Shown in pieces: positions 1-12,721 of a stretch of DNA of 64,000 bases. The DNA lies in NCBI RefSeq assembly GCF_018350175.1, contig NC_058368.1:155374001-155438000 (forward strand), read 5' to 3'. The DNA comes from Felis catus. Taxonomy: Eukaryota. The notes beneath the pieces were generated by a model. The model had not been told where the DNA came from, did no database searches, and saw only the letters and a program-made list of their open reading frames with translations. Every line of letters begins with the position of its first letter. The first letter of the stretch is position 1. A program made the position numbers and the translations under genes.

Positions 1-372
1 ATAAAAAATCAATGTACAGAAATTAGTTGCATTTGTATACATCAATAATTAAGCAACAGAAAGAGAAATCAAGGAATTGGTCCCACTTACAACTGCCCCA
101 AAGAGGTAAAAGATATGTATGCTGAAAACCATAGATAACTTATGAAAGAAACTGAAGAAGACACAAAGAAATGGAAAAACATTCCATGCTCATGGATTGG
201 AAGAACAAATATTGTTAAAATGTCGGTATTACCCAAAGAAATCTACACATTCAATGCAATCCAAATCAAAATTGCACTGGCATTCTTCTCAGAGCTAGAA
301 CAAACAATCCCAAAATTTGTATGGAACTACAAAAGACCCCAAATAGCCAAGTAATGTTGAAAAAGAAAACCA

Positions 373-593
373 GGGACGCCTGGCTGGCTCAGTTGGTTGA
401 GCGTCCGACTTCAGCCCGGGTCACGATCTCGCTGTCTGTGAGTTCGAGCCCCGCGTCAGGCTCTGGGCTGATGGCTCAGAGCCTGGAGGCTGCTTCCGAT
501 TCTGTGTCTCCCTCTCTCTCTGCCCCTCCCCCGTTCATGCTCTGTCTCTCTCTGTCTCAAAATAAATAAACGTTAAAAAAAAAATTTAAAAAA
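373..593 (+). mobile_element. CanSINE (SINEC_Fc-like), CpG-rich young copy
   Basis: tRNA-like head with A box tggctcagttgg and B box gttcgagcc, (CT)n, aataaa-A tail. TSD aaaaagaaaacca at 360-372 and 594-606. Confidence 0.95.
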
Positions 594-1080
594 AAAAAGA
601 AAACCAAAGCTGTAGGCATCACAATCCCAGACATTAAAAAGCTGTAATCACACAATAGTATTGTAGTAGCACGAAAACAGACACATAGACCAATGGAATA
701 GAGAATCCAGAATTGGATCCACAAATGTATGGCCAACTAATGTTTGACAAAGCAAGAAAGAATATTCAATTGAAAAAAGACAGTCTTTTTAGCAAATGGT
801 GCTGGGAGAACTGGACAGCAACATGCAGAAGAAAAACTGGACCACTTTCTTAGACCCTAGGCAAAAAATAAACTCAAAATGGATGAAAGACCTAAATGTG
901 AGACAGGAAACCATTAAAACCCTAGAAAACAGGCAACAACCTCTTTGACCTCAGCCACAGCAACTTCTTACTCAACACATCTCTGAAGGCAAGGGAAATA
1001 GAAGCAAAAATGAACTCATCAAGATAAAAATCTTCTGCACTGCAAAGGAAAAAATCAACAAAATTAAAAGGCAACTAACA

Positions 1081-1242
1081 GAGGGCACGTGGGTGGCTCA
1101 GTTGGCGAAGCATCCAAGTTTGGCTCAGATCATGATCTCCCAGTTCATGAGTTCCAGCTCCCACACCAAGCTCTGTGCTGACAGCTCAGAGCCTGGGGCC
1201 TGCTTCGGATTCTGTGTCTCCTTCTCTCTCTGCTCCTCCCCT

Positions 1243-1294
<52 letters not shown>

Positions 1295-1337
1295 CCTTTC
1301 TCTTTCTCAAAAATAAATAAACATTAAAAAAAATTTT
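1081..1337 (+). mobile_element. CanSINE with expanded (CT)n
   Basis: SINE head and body, (CT)n at about 1247-1292. Imperfect TSD aaggcaact on both sides. Confidence 0.93.
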
Positions 1338-2410
1338 AAGGCAACTCATGGAATGGGAGAAGATATCTGCAAGTGACATATCAGATAAAGGATTAGTATT
1401 CAAAATCTATAATGAACTTACCAAACTCAACACCTGAAAAACAAATAATCCAGTGAAGTAACGGGCAGGAGACTTGAATATACACTTTTCCAAAGAAGAC
1501 ATCCACATGGCTAACAGACACATGAAATGATGCTCAACATCACTCAGCATCAGGGAAATACAAATCAAAACCACACTGAGATACCACCTCACACCAGAGT
1601 GGCTACAATGAACAACTTAGGAAACTACAGATGTTGGCGAGGATGTGGAGAAACGGCAACCCTCTTGCACTGTTGGTGGAAATGCTAACTGGTACAGCCA
1701 CTCTGGAAAACAGTATGGAGGTTCCTCAAAAATTAAAAATAGAATTACCCTATGACCCAGCAATAGGACTACTAGAATTTATCCAAAGGATACAGGAGTG
1801 CTGATGCATTGGGTACCCCAATGTTTATAGCAGTGCTGTCAACAAGAGCAAATTGTGGAAAGAGCCCAAATGTCCATCAACTAATGGATAAAGAAGATGT
1901 GGTGTATATATATACAACGGAATACTACTCGGCAATAAGAAAGAATGAAATCATGCCATTTGCAACAATATGGATGGAACTGGAGGGTATTATGCTAAGT
2001 GAAATAAGTCAGCCAGAGAAAGACAAATATCATGTGTTTTCATTCATGTGTGGAATCTGAGAAACTTAACAGAAGACAATGGGGGAAGGGGAAAAATATA
2101 GTTACAAACAGAGAGGGAGGCAAACCATAAGAGACTCTTAAATACAGAGAACAAACTGAGGGTTGATGGCGAGGGCAGAGGGTAAAATGGGTGATGGGCA
2201 TTGAGGAAGGCACTTGTTGGGATGAACACTGGGTGTTGTATGTAAAAAATGAATCATGGGAATCTATTACTGAAGCCAAGAATACACTGTATACACCATA
2301 TGTTAGCTAACTTGACAATAAATTACATTTTAAAAAAATCCTAGTAAACCTTTTTATAATAATTGGCATGCTTATTCTAAAATTCATACAACATTTATAT
2401 TTCATATATA

Positions 2411-2495
2411 TGGCTGACTCAGTAGCGCATGCCACTCTTGATCTTGGGGTTGGGCATTCAAGCCTCAGGTTGAGGACAGACATTACTAAATAATA
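2411..2495 (+). mobile_element. Short, old tRNA-like CanSINE
   Basis: tggctgactcagtagcgcatgccactcttgatcttggggttgggcattcaagcc...; same short form as the copy at 53991. Confidence 0.75.
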
Positions 2496-2705
2496 TTTTA
2501 ATTAAATTTATATGAAAATTTATATAGTATAACTAAAGGAATTTTGACAAAGGAAAAACAAACCTACAAAGTTAGAGGTCTTACACTATTTTATTTCAAC
2601 ACTTACATTAAAGGTATGAGAGCCAAGATGGTCTAACTAATACCAACTAAAAGAAAGACATAAATGTCAATGATACAGAATATAAATCAGAATATATCTA
2701 TGATA

Positions 2706-2927
2706 GGGGTGCCTGAGTGGCTCAGTCAGTTGAGCATCTGACTTCAGCTCAGGTCCTGATCTCGCAGTTCATGAGTTCAAGCCCCACATTGGGCTCTGTG
2801 GTGACAGTGTGAAGCCTGGAGCCTGCTTTGGATTCTGTGTCTCCCTCTCTCTCTGCCCCTCCCCTGCTCATGCTCTGTCTCTCCCTCAAAAATAAATAAA
2901 CATTAAAAATTTTTTAATAAAAAAAGC
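2706..2927 (+). mobile_element. CanSINE
   Basis: Full SINE with perfect TSD atatatctatgata at 2692-2705 and 2928-2941. Confidence 0.95.
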
Positions 2928-3720
2928 ATATATCTATGATAAACTAATTATCAATGCATCAAATTAATGCAATAAGTAAAGAGTGGTCTCTAACAAAAAG
3001 AGCCACATAGTCACATGTAAAAAAAAAATGCAACTCTACCCTTACCTCACACTATCTACAAAATTAACCCCAAATGGACTGTAGACATAAAAGTTAGAGC
3101 AAAAACTATAAAATTTCTTGAAGAAAACATACCTTGTGACCCTCAGTTAAGGGCCCCTCAGTCCTTTATGATAGGACATAAAAGACATGAACCGTAAAAA
3201 AAGAAAATCAGCAAATTGGCTTTTATCAGAAGTAAAACTTTTGCTTTTCAAAAGACCATTAAGAAAATGAAAGAAAATACTTAACAAAAGATTAATGTGA
3301 TAAAGGATTTTAATCCATAATACTTAAGAGTTCTTATTACTCAAGAATCACAACTCAATATTTTTTTAAATAGAAGATTTAAACAGACACCTATCAAAAA
3401 TATGTATACAAATAGAAAATAAGCATATGAAAAGATGCTCAACATCATTAATTACCAGGAAAATGCAAATAAATCCATGATGAGATGTATGTAACTAGAT
3501 ACAACATATCTACTGGAGTTACTAAAATTAAAACATTGATAACACCAAATGAGAACAAGACTATGGAGAAGGTGAACCTTCATACATCACTAGTGGGAAT
3601 GTAAAATGATACAATCACTTTGGAAACCAGTTTGAATTATATCTCTACAAGTGGTGAACTTTATATAACTTATACCTGAATAAAGCTGAATTTTAAAAAT
3701 CAACTTGAAAAAACATTTTT

Positions 3721-3895
3721 TTAAGTTTATTTATTTATTTCCAGAGAACAGGGGCAGGGGCAGAGAGAAAGGGAGAGAGAGAGAATTCCAAGCAGGCTCT
3801 GCGCTGTCAGGGCTCAATCTCATGAACTGCAAGATCCTGATAAAAGATGAAATCAATAGTCCCACCCTTAACCAACTGAGCCACTCAGGTGCCCC
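3721..3895 (-). mobile_element. CanSINE
   Basis: Reverse-complement SINE ending gccactcaggtgcccc; TSD aaaacatttt. Confidence 0.9.
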
Positions 3896-3921
3896 AAAAC
3901 ATTTTTAAATAAGTAAAGTAA

Positions 3922-4344
3922 GGGGAACCTGAGTGGCTCAGTCAGTTAAGCGTCTTTTTTTTTAATGTTAATTTATTTTTGAGAGAGAGAGAGTGAGAGA
4001 ACCCAGACAGGAGAGGGGCAGAAAGAGGGAGACAGAGATCTGAAGCAGGCTCCACCATTGACAGCAGAGAGCCCGCTGTGGGGCTTGAACTCACGAACTG
4101 AGAGATCATGACCTGAGCTGAACTCTTATGGTTAACTGACTCAGTCACCCAGGCACCCCTAAGCACTGACTCTTGATTTTGGGTCAGGTCACCATCTCAT
4201 GGCTCGTGAGTTTGAGCCCGGCATTGTCTATGCTGACAGTGTGGAGTGTACTTGGGGTTTTCTCTCTCCCTCTCTCTGTCCCTCCCCTGCTCACATGTGC
4301 GCACCCTCTCTCTCTCTCTCTCTCTCAAAATAAATATTTTTTTA
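3922..4344 (+). mobile_element. CanSINE split by a nested antisense SINE
   Basis: Head at 3922-3954, body resumes at 4160. TSD aaataagtaaa(g/a)taa at 3907-3921 and 4345-4359. Confidence 0.9.
3955..4159 (-). mobile_element. CanSINE nested in a CanSINE
   Basis: T-tract, then reverse SINE ending cacccaggcacccc; taagc duplicated on both sides. Confidence 0.92.
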
Positions 4345-4485
4345 AAATAAGTAAAATAAAATTCTTATAATATCCTTTATTTAGTAGTTTACCCTTTATG
4401 TTAGTAGTTTAACATTTTTTATATACTAGCCAATTTTTTCCCTTATTCTTAGATTCTTCTCCATTCAAGTAGTAGATAGGCTCAC

Positions 4486-4490
4486 CTTGC
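4486..4490 (-). other. Candidate 5-nt microexon (GCAAG)
   Basis: Minus strand reads ttatttctgctttctgttgtcattgctttcccttAG|GCAAG|GTGAGcc: strong pyrimidine tract and acceptor followed immediately by a consensus donor. No transcript evidence. Confidence 0.4.
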
Positions 4491-4717
4491 CTAAGGGAAA
4501 GCAATGACAACAGAAAGCAGAAATAAGGAGTCTTTTTCCAAACATGTGAATTCCAAAATCCTGGGCCTTGAGAATAATGGGAAGGATTCAGAACATATGC
4601 TAACCAAGTCAGGCAGGTGAGTAACACAAAACAAACAAGGAAGTGGGACTGGAATGAGCAAACGCTGTAAAGAGCCACTATTCACCTCCAACCGATTTTT
4701 ATCATATAGAAATGTGG

Positions 4718-4878
4718 GTCCAATGTTGCCAAATCATTCTCCCCCCCCCCACCCCGCCCCATCAAAAAAAAATCTGGAAATTCAGATTTTTATGTGAATT
4801 TTCCCCATTTTTAAAATATTACCCAAGTAAAATGAACTTCTGTGGGTCAAATTCAGCCCACGTATGTGCAACATCTAG
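4718..4878. mobile_element. hAT-Charlie non-autonomous DNA transposon relic (MER102-like)
   Basis: gttgcca...aaatctggaaattcagatttttatgtgaattttcccc...ctgtgggtcaaattcagccca matches the motif order I recall for this family. Confidence 0.55.
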
Positions 4879-6055
4879 GACAGAAAACAGATTTAGAACA
4901 CCTTAAAAACAAAATGAGCAAAGACAAAAGATTTTCTCACCCTCTAGACTTGATGAAAATCCTTGAATGGGGAAAAGAAGAGTAAAATGAATAATAGATT
5001 TAGACATTGTTCTTACAAGAGAACAGAGGCAATCTGCGTCCCACTTCCGAGGTACAGACTCAGGGAGGCAGGAAGATCCCACAGAACTGGTTGGATAATT
5101 GTAAGGGGCAAATGAGATATTATCCTCAGAATTTCCCAGGCCCCACTCAGGCCCAGCAAAGCTGAGACAAGGAGCAGTCTCACAGAATTCTCCATATCTT
5201 ATTAAAGTCTGGAGACGACAGAAAGATTACAGTGTTGTCATTAGCATGGAAATTGTAAGAAGTTATTTTACTAGCTAATACCTTGTGGGTGTGAATGAGG
5301 AATGAGCAGCAACCTATGATGGCCAAGTAACTTCAAAAACAAAATGAAGGACTAACATTTCTACAAATGCCACTATTGTGGAAAGATGAAGATGTGTAGT
5401 AGGACCCACCACCCCAATCCAAGAATTAGCAGAGGTAAGAGAAAAGGAAAAAGACACTCCTCATCAAGATTAAAACTTCAGTCACCTGGACAAAATGGAA
5501 GCTCAAAATGGAAACTGAGTTTCAAACAAAGAACAAAAAGTGTATCCCTTGAACATGTGACATTGTAGACTGAGATATACTTCCACAGTCGGCTGTAAGC
5601 AGGGAGGTTATGACGGGAAGGGGGGACACATTTTATGTTCTTTCTTTACATGAATTATACCAAATAAATATTAGATTTAGTAACATGCCCTATAGGTAGG
5701 CTACCAGAGTATAAGACTTCAAATCACTACTAAAGAGACTACAGAACCAAGCTCTTCGGATGGCTTCTGTAACAATTTCACTAGATACGCTGAATTATCA
5801 AACACATTTATTAAGTTTCTCAAACTCATTTGAAAGTAATAAACTATCTTAGGGCAAGCCCCAACAATTGATAACACTAAACACAATGAGTAAAATTACT
5901 CATTCTGCAACTATTTAAATAAATACAATAACAGTACCACCAGAATCCACTTTCTACATTGGGAAAAGTGTTAATCTGAGGTATTTACAAGGTGGAAGCA
6001 GAGAGGCGGTCACAGCATGTGTATATGGGTATGTGCATTTTAAAAATTGTATTTC

Positions 6056-6497
6056 TTTTTTTTTTTTAGATTCAATTTAGTCACCATATAGTGTAGTATT
6101 GGTTTCAAGTATAGAAGTTAGTGATTCATCACTTACATATAACACACATTGCTCATCCCAACAAGCCCATCCCCCCACCCACCTCCCTTCCATCAACCCT
6201 CAGTTTGTTGTCGATAGTTAAGAGTCTCATAGTTTGCCTCTCTGTTTTTATCTTATTTTAGTTTTCCTTCCCTTCCCCTACGTTCATCTGATTTTTTTCT
6301 TAAATTTCACATGAGTGAAATCATATATTTGTCTTTCCCTGATTGACTTATTTTGCTTAGCATAATACACTCTAGTTGCAAAAGGCAAGATTTCATTCTT
6401 TTTGATTGCTGAGTAATCTTCCATTACACATTTTCTTTATCCATTCATCAGTTGATGGACATTTGGGCTCTTTCCATAATTTTGCTATTATTCATAG
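6056..6497 (-). mobile_element. LINE-1 3' end (carnivore type), 5'-truncated
   Basis: T-tract followed by the reverse complement of an L1 3'UTR (catcaaccctcagtttgtt...ttaagagtctc...ttccataatttgctatt). Confidence 0.9.
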
Positions 6498-6764
6498 TAA
6501 AAAACAAATATTTCTAATTTTTCCAAAATGACCACATACATAGTCCTTTAATTTCCAGAAAATTATAAAGTATGTGTTTTAAAGTAAAAGACTTTTAATT
6601 ACCTCTTTAATATAGTCTTAGAAATTTAACAGCACATTGTCTGATTAAAACTATAATACCCAGATCTACATTGTTGCAATTAATCCCAGCAATTCAGGCA
6701 AGGACCTTACTTTAGTATGAATATTCAGATACTCAACCGAATAACTACAGCAATTGTGGCACAA

Positions 6765-6885
6765 TAGGACCTCTGAGCTTTCGTATTCTGATCCGTAAAA
6801 TGGGGACAAATTGCTGCACAGCCTAACATGTGCAAAAGCAACCAGCACAGTGTCTGATATTTAATAAGCCCGCAAAAATATTTGC
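6765..6885 (+). mobile_element. MIR fragment
   Basis: ctctgagctt...ccgtaaaatgggga core and agcacagtgtctga...aatattt tail. Confidence 0.55.
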
Positions 6886-7154
6886 TGGATTGGCTACCAC
6901 TGACTTCACTTCTACTGGCCTCTAGAAGAATTTATCACTGAAACCTTCCCAGGAGAACAGTCACCTATCTCATTACGGTACTGTAGTCCTCTTCTGAAGG
7001 TAAAACAGACTCAGCGTAAGCTGTCCTGAACAACCATTTCCCATTTCTACTACAGTATTTATATTAACAAATGCAACTGGGTAAGTGCGTAAGAATTCTG
7101 ATACCTTGCAGCTCTGCTCTCATCTGAGAAGATACCCCTAGCATGGAGTGAATC

Positions 7155-7605
7155 CACCTCATCACTCTTAAAATAAAATCCAAGAACTTTACTGTGGTCT
7201 ATCAGGCTTTTCATGATCAGCCTCTGCCTGATTCTTAACCTCATTTCCTACCATTCTCCCCATCCATCCACTGCACTTCTTGCTGACCCTTGAAGACATC
7301 AAACATAAGCCTATGCACTTGTCTCACCAAGCACATACTGCCCTGAAACTCCTATGGCTTGTTCCCTCACATCATTCAGATTTCTGCTTAAATATCACCT
7401 CCACAGACAAAACTTCCTTAACTACCCTTTCTAAAGTAGCATACTCTGTGATTCTCTACCCCCTTAATTTGCATTTTTTTCTCCCCAAAGCAATTCAAAT
7501 ATATACTTATTCATGTGTTGTAACATAAGCTCAATGGGAATTGAGACTTCAACTCATTAAGTTCTTTATATCCAGAGCCTAGAACACTACCTGGCATACA
7601 TAAAG
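7155..7605 (+). mobile_element. LINE-2 3' fragment
   Basis: aaataaaatccaag...ctgcttaaatatcacctcc...tatatccagagcctagaacactacctggcataca, typical of the L2 3' end. Confidence 0.75.
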
Positions 7606-7682
7606 TGACACTGCATTATTATTCACAGTGAATCTGTTCATTAACTAAGTGGAAATACTTGAATATTCAAGAAAGCTTCCTA

Positions 7683-7905
7683 GCAGTACCTGAGTGGCTC
7701 AATTGGTTAATCCTCCAACTTCAGCTCAGGTCATGACCTGACAGTTCATGGGTTCACGCCCCACATCAGGCTCTGTGCTGACAACTCAAAGCCTAGAGCC
7801 TGATTCGGATTCTGTGTCTCCCTCTGTCTCTGCCCCTCCTCTGCTTGTACTCTTTCTCTCCCTCAAAAATAAATTAACACAAAAAAATTTAAAAAGAAAG
7901 AAAGA
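7683..7905 (+). mobile_element. CanSINE
   Basis: TSD aagaa(a/g)gcttccta at 7669-7682 and 7906-7919. Confidence 0.93.
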
Positions 7906-8580
7906 AAGAAGGCTTCCTAATAAATGACAACGGAATGAGGAAAACAAAGCCCAGTGATAGTTATGGTGGCCATGTGAACTTAGGATACCTGTGGATGCAA
8001 AGGTAAAAAGTCAGGAGGAACTGGATTAGCACCAGAATTAGAGTGATTTTAATAGCTGGAGGGTGATCATCAGGGTAGATGCAAGAGGAAGAAAGCCCGG
8101 ACACAGTTGGTTGAGGCCTAAGCCAAAAGGAGAAAAATCACTCTCTTTTGTTTTAAGCCCACCCATTCTCCCTCATCTTCCTTCCTCTAATATTTCCTCT
8201 CTCAGTGTCTACCCACTTTTGCCATCTCTTCACCATCTGTTTACCTCCTCCACGTTTGCTTCCTGTCATCAACTGTTTTTCATTTGTAGATTATACTCAA
8301 GAGGTTTTTTTTCCTGTGAACCAGTAGCCTCAGCAGAAGAAAAGCTTTCTAATGTAAAGAATATATTTGCTATTCCTTTAAATGCCAAGGAATACACCAA
8401 TATCATTATTAGCAGTATCAAGTACTCATCATGAAGGCAACAGAATGAAACAAAGAATCATGAAGCCATTCCTTTTCACAAACTCCTACATCAAGAACTG
8501 AATGCTTTATGACGTCATCTGTTTAGTATTTTTCTCTTCCTTCTCCAGAGTATATCTTTAAAATACAATCAACATGCATT

Positions 8581-8855
8581 TTAATCTTTATTGAATTATA
8601 AGTGACATATAAAAATGGCACATATTTAATGTATACATTGTGATAAGTTTGGACTTATGCATACACCTCTGATACCATCACCACTATCAACATACTATAA
8701 ACATATCTATTATCTCTAAAACTTCCCTAGTTTTCTCTTGTGTCTTTTTTTTGTTGTTGTTGTTATGTCCTAAGATCACTTAACAAGAGATCTATCCTCT
8801 TAACATATTTTAAAGTAGAAATGTCATATTGTTAACTATAGCCACCAGGTTATAC
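8581..8855 (-). mobile_element. Old LINE-1 (L1MB-like) 3' terminus
   Basis: ctttattgaattataagtgacatat...catacacctctgataccatcacc...agatctatcctcttaaca. Confidence 0.75.
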
Positions 8856-11239
8856 AAAAACAATCAACATCTTTGATTTTTATCCTCACATTCCATTAAA
8901 AAACTCATGGAATATCCACCAAAATGTATTTGCTAAAATCTTAAGCCTGACATTACCTTTTTTTATTAAGTTGATCCTGATGCCTATTAAAGTTTAAAAA
9001 AGAAAAAGAAAACTGACAAATAGTACCATCAGGCTTATAAATGATTCTGTATTCCCACCCCTCACCAAAAGACACTGGTATTCAACTGGACTCTTTGAAG
9101 AATAATCTCTAACACATTAGCAGGAGCCAACATAAAAGCATCCATTATTTAAGCCAAATGTTTCCCAAAGTATCATATCCCGGAAAGTCAACTTACTCTT
9201 TTGGAAATCCTCCCAAAAGAGGCTACAGGTAGAAGATGATCTCTGTAATTCAAAATGAGTCTTGAAAAAGTAAACTTTAAATTAAAATTTCAGGAGAAAT
9301 TCAGAGTGAAGTTCCTGTTTTTCCCATTAATCCTAGAGAGCAAAGAAAATCCAAATAAGGAGAAATGGACTTTTTTTTTAATATCAGGTATATTTACAAA
9401 TGACAAGGCATTAAAATTTATAAACGACATAATGCCCTACTTACAGCTAATGAATATATTCGGCGACCAAAAAGATACCAAGTCGGAAACGATTTATTCC
9501 ATTATTTTGGTAACTATGCTTAAATTAACTCCAATTACAACCATAAGTTCAAGACTTAAGAGAAAAGAAGTTAATTCTACAAATTAAAAATCAAAAGGCA
9601 AGACCATTATTCTCTACACCTTTCTCTGTTTCTTTTCAATTCCCCACACCCACACTCCCTGTCTCTGTCATTGTACATTCAGGTGTAGAATACTATCAAA
9701 TCTGAGAGGGTTTGTATAAACTATGTGTAGCTACCAGTGTGACTTTATTATCTGCTTTCCTTAGTTTCAAGACCAAGGATGCTAATACCAGTGCAAGAGG
9801 GTGGATCATTTGTGTATATGTGTCTCCCCACCCCTTACCAAAGCTGTGCCTTCACTGACATATATTCAGTAAAAAAAAAAAAAAAAAAAAAATGACAAGT
9901 ACGGAATATAAGAAATGTTTGTATTTGTCTGTATTAATACCACAACATATTTACCAAGCATGAAGGGAGAGGTCCAAATTTAGCTTATTTAGCAGCCTAA
10001 TCTAGCTTAAAATACATGTCCTTAAAGCATACTTATTCTCAAATAACTCATAACTTATAAAAAAGTTAAGTATTTATAGCAAAAAAAGTCTAGAATAATA
10101 GTAGCAGCAAAATATTCTTTTTCTCATTTTCACTAAGTTGGAGTTAACTTAATGAAATGTGACAGTGCTATCAATGTAGTATAATAAACATGAAAAGCTG
10201 CCCATGTACAAAGAAAATGTAAAAATTCCTACTGACAACAGCAAAAACAAGAATAATGTCTCTTTTCCTTTCACATGCCCTTTTTGTTAGCTTGAGCTTG
10301 TGACTTTGTTATCTATATGTAATAGTAAGAATAATATTGCTTGCAGTGTGCCTAGATAGAGGCTTCAAATATAACTAAATAAAATTATATTTCTCTGTGT
10401 CCCATAAAAGATCCATCATACAGGACCCAGTTCTCAATCCCTTATGTTAGAAGCTGCAGTAAACACAGCTAAGCAAGAAAAAAAATATCTAAATAACTCT
10501 CAGAAGTAGCATACACAGACATTACATCTTTGTTGAAATCTCAAATCTTACATTATCTAAAGATTTAAATCACCTTTAAAAGAGAATTTATTAAAATTCT
10601 AAACTCATATTGTGTATCTTTTTTGTAAGTGGCAATATATTCCTAGTAACATGTTTGTATCTGATGTTACCCATATAAATAAAAGCATACAGTCATTTTA
10701 GGGATTAATAGAAAAAAGACATCTGCATGGAACATTTCCCTCATTAGATATAATCATGTTAGCATATTTTTCCTATTTCTGATTTTTCTACAAAATAAAA
10801 TGAGCTGGTTTTTACCCTTAAGTTTCTCCCTATATATTGCCAATAATGCAAATACTTTAATTGCACATTAGAAGAATCTCATTTTCCTCTAAAAATTGCT
10901 ATAGAAATTAGCCCCAAAGAGACCTCATAACACATATAAAAATCAAGATGTGACTAAGTCAAATTGGCATACCAGCTACCACTTACAACAAATGTTACTT
11001 TAAACATTACTTTTAAATTAAAAGCTATCTTTAGAAAGTCCCAGGAAAGATCACATGGGTCATTATAATGTTATTCGAACTCTTCCTAAATTAGTGCCAA
11101 ACTGAATCAATTAGGAAAGAATCAATTAGCCAAAAACTATATATTAATCAACTGACTTAACAACTAGCCAAACTGTATATTCAAAAAGCAATTCATTCTT
11201 TTGTCAGGAGGTCATATTTGGGGCTAGTGGGAGTATTAA

Positions 11240-11590
11240 TTGACACTTTTCTGGAAAGCAACTTGGGTTAATATATATCAAATGTTAATGTTAATTCTCT
11301 TTGATCAGTAATTCTATTCCTAAGAATTATCCTAAGGAAATACTAAGAAGTGCATATAAAGTTTATATATATAAAGATGTTCATTCTAACTTAGTGGAGC
11401 AGGAAAAAAATGCAAACTTCAAAAAGAACTTAGTTTAAAAAATGAATACTGTGTAGCCATTTAAATCACAATTATGAATAAAATGTAATGGCCTAATAAA
11501 TTTTTCAGCATATACATATAAAACACACCAAAATATTTACAATGATTTCCTTTAGTTGGTACAATTACAGGTTATTTTTATACATCTTAT
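11240..11590 (+). mobile_element. Very old LINE-1 (L1ME-like) 3' fragment
   Basis: cttttctggaaagcaacttgg...ctttgatcagtaattctattcctaagaattatcctaaggaaata. Confidence 0.65.
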
Positions 11591-11630
11591 TCACATATTT
11601 AGGAGCTAATATTGCTATTAAAGAATATTT

Positions 11631-11725
11631 GGGAGTGCCTGACTGGCTCATTTGGTAGAGATGCGACTCTTAACTTGGGGTCATGAGCTAAAGTCCCACA
11701 CTGGGCAGACAGCTTACAAAAAAAA
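11631..11725 (+). mobile_element. Short tRNA-like CanSINE
   Basis: gggagtgcctgactggctcatttggtagag...cccacactgggcagacagcttac plus A tail; gaatatt on both flanks. Confidence 0.85.
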
Positions 11726-12039
11726 TTGAATATTCTACATTGAACTATTATAAACGAATGGTTTTTGTTAGAAGCCATTTCACTTAGTGATAGTCATAAA
11801 ATATATTTCACACAAACAGTGAAGAAAGGACTGTTGGTCACAAGTAGGTGATTGTCATCAGCTGGATTCTCCTGAAGCAACAAAGATAGTAGTAACTTCC
11901 CCTGTTAATATCTATTAACTATCAAATTAGTAGAGCATTCATGTTAACAATCTGTATTTCCATATAGGAGTAAATCTATTTAACAATAAATTTCTCAGTA
12001 GAGGCAATTAGTACAACAAAACTGAAAAGGGGTTGGGAA

Positions 12040-12245
12040 CAAGTATTTACTGAGTATGTAAAAGACAAGATGCTAAACCCTTTACATATTCCATTTAATC
12101 CATACAACACTACCAAGTGGTGTTATTATACCCATTTTTCAGGGGAGGGAAATGAACCTCAGAAGTTAGCAATTTATCTAAGTTTATAAAGCTAGTAAAT
12201 AGTGATACTGTAATTTGAACCCAGCTTTTCCATATGCCAGAACAC
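12040..12245 (-). mobile_element. MIR
   Basis: catttaatcc...ttattatacccatttttcaggggagggaaatgaacctcagaagttag...tttgaaccca. Confidence 0.75.
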
Positions 12246-12340
12246 CTAATGATACCAGTGAATGAAATTAAACTATTAACTGTAACGATGGAATTATTCA
12301 TCTTGCACTAGATAATAGTATTGAAAATATTTCAACTATA

Positions 12341-12539
12341 GGGGTGCCTGAATGGCTCAGTCGGTTAAGTGTCTGACTCCAGATTTCAGCTCAGGTCATG
12401 ATTCCAGGGTCGTGGGATTGAGCCCCGTGGTGACAGTGCAGAGCCTGCTTGGTATTCTCTCTCTCTCCCTCTCCCTCTATCCCTCCCCGACTCTCACTCA
12501 CTCGCTTTCTCTCAAAATAAATATATAAAATTAAAAAAC
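12341..12539 (+). mobile_element. CanSINE
   Basis: Perfect TSD tatttcaactata at 12328-12340 and 12540-12552. Confidence 0.93.
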
Positions 12540-12721
12540 TATTTCAACTATAAAGTATTAAATAATTTTGAAAAGGCAACTAATAATTTACTGAACATTA
12601 TTAGTTTTTAACAAGATTCTACATAGTCAAGGATAAGGCAAATAAACATTTTAACTAATGTTCAACAAGATAGTAGCTAACATTAACTGTTTCTGAATAA
12701 GAGGTGGTTAATACATACTTG

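Larger units (their letters stand above)
1..2338 (+). mobile_element. LINE-1 (carnivore/felid type), 3' part of ORF2 plus 3'UTR, decayed; interrupted by two SINEs
   Basis: ORF fragments [20 protein letters not shown] and TPMFIA..EYYSAIRKNEIMPFATIWMELEGIMLSEISQ are typical of the L1 ORF2 C-terminus. Ends gttagctaacttgacaataaa followed by an A-tract. Frameshifts and stops throughout. Confidence 0.95.
2345..3640 (+). mobile_element. Old LINE-1 (L1M-type) ORF2 3' fragment
   Basis: Degenerate L1 motifs such as aaaactataaaatttcttgaagaaaacat and aaaagatgctcaacatcattaattaccaggaaaatgcaaat. Confidence 0.8.

Noticed and set aside
4374..4411. 19-bp tandem duplication cctttat(g)ttagtagttta
   Set aside because: Ordinary local slippage with no further structure.
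8063..8434. 123-aa ORF (also 9255-9587 and 45270-45668)
   Set aside because: Low-complexity or compositionally biased, with no recognisable homology or splice context; 8063 also starts at GTG.
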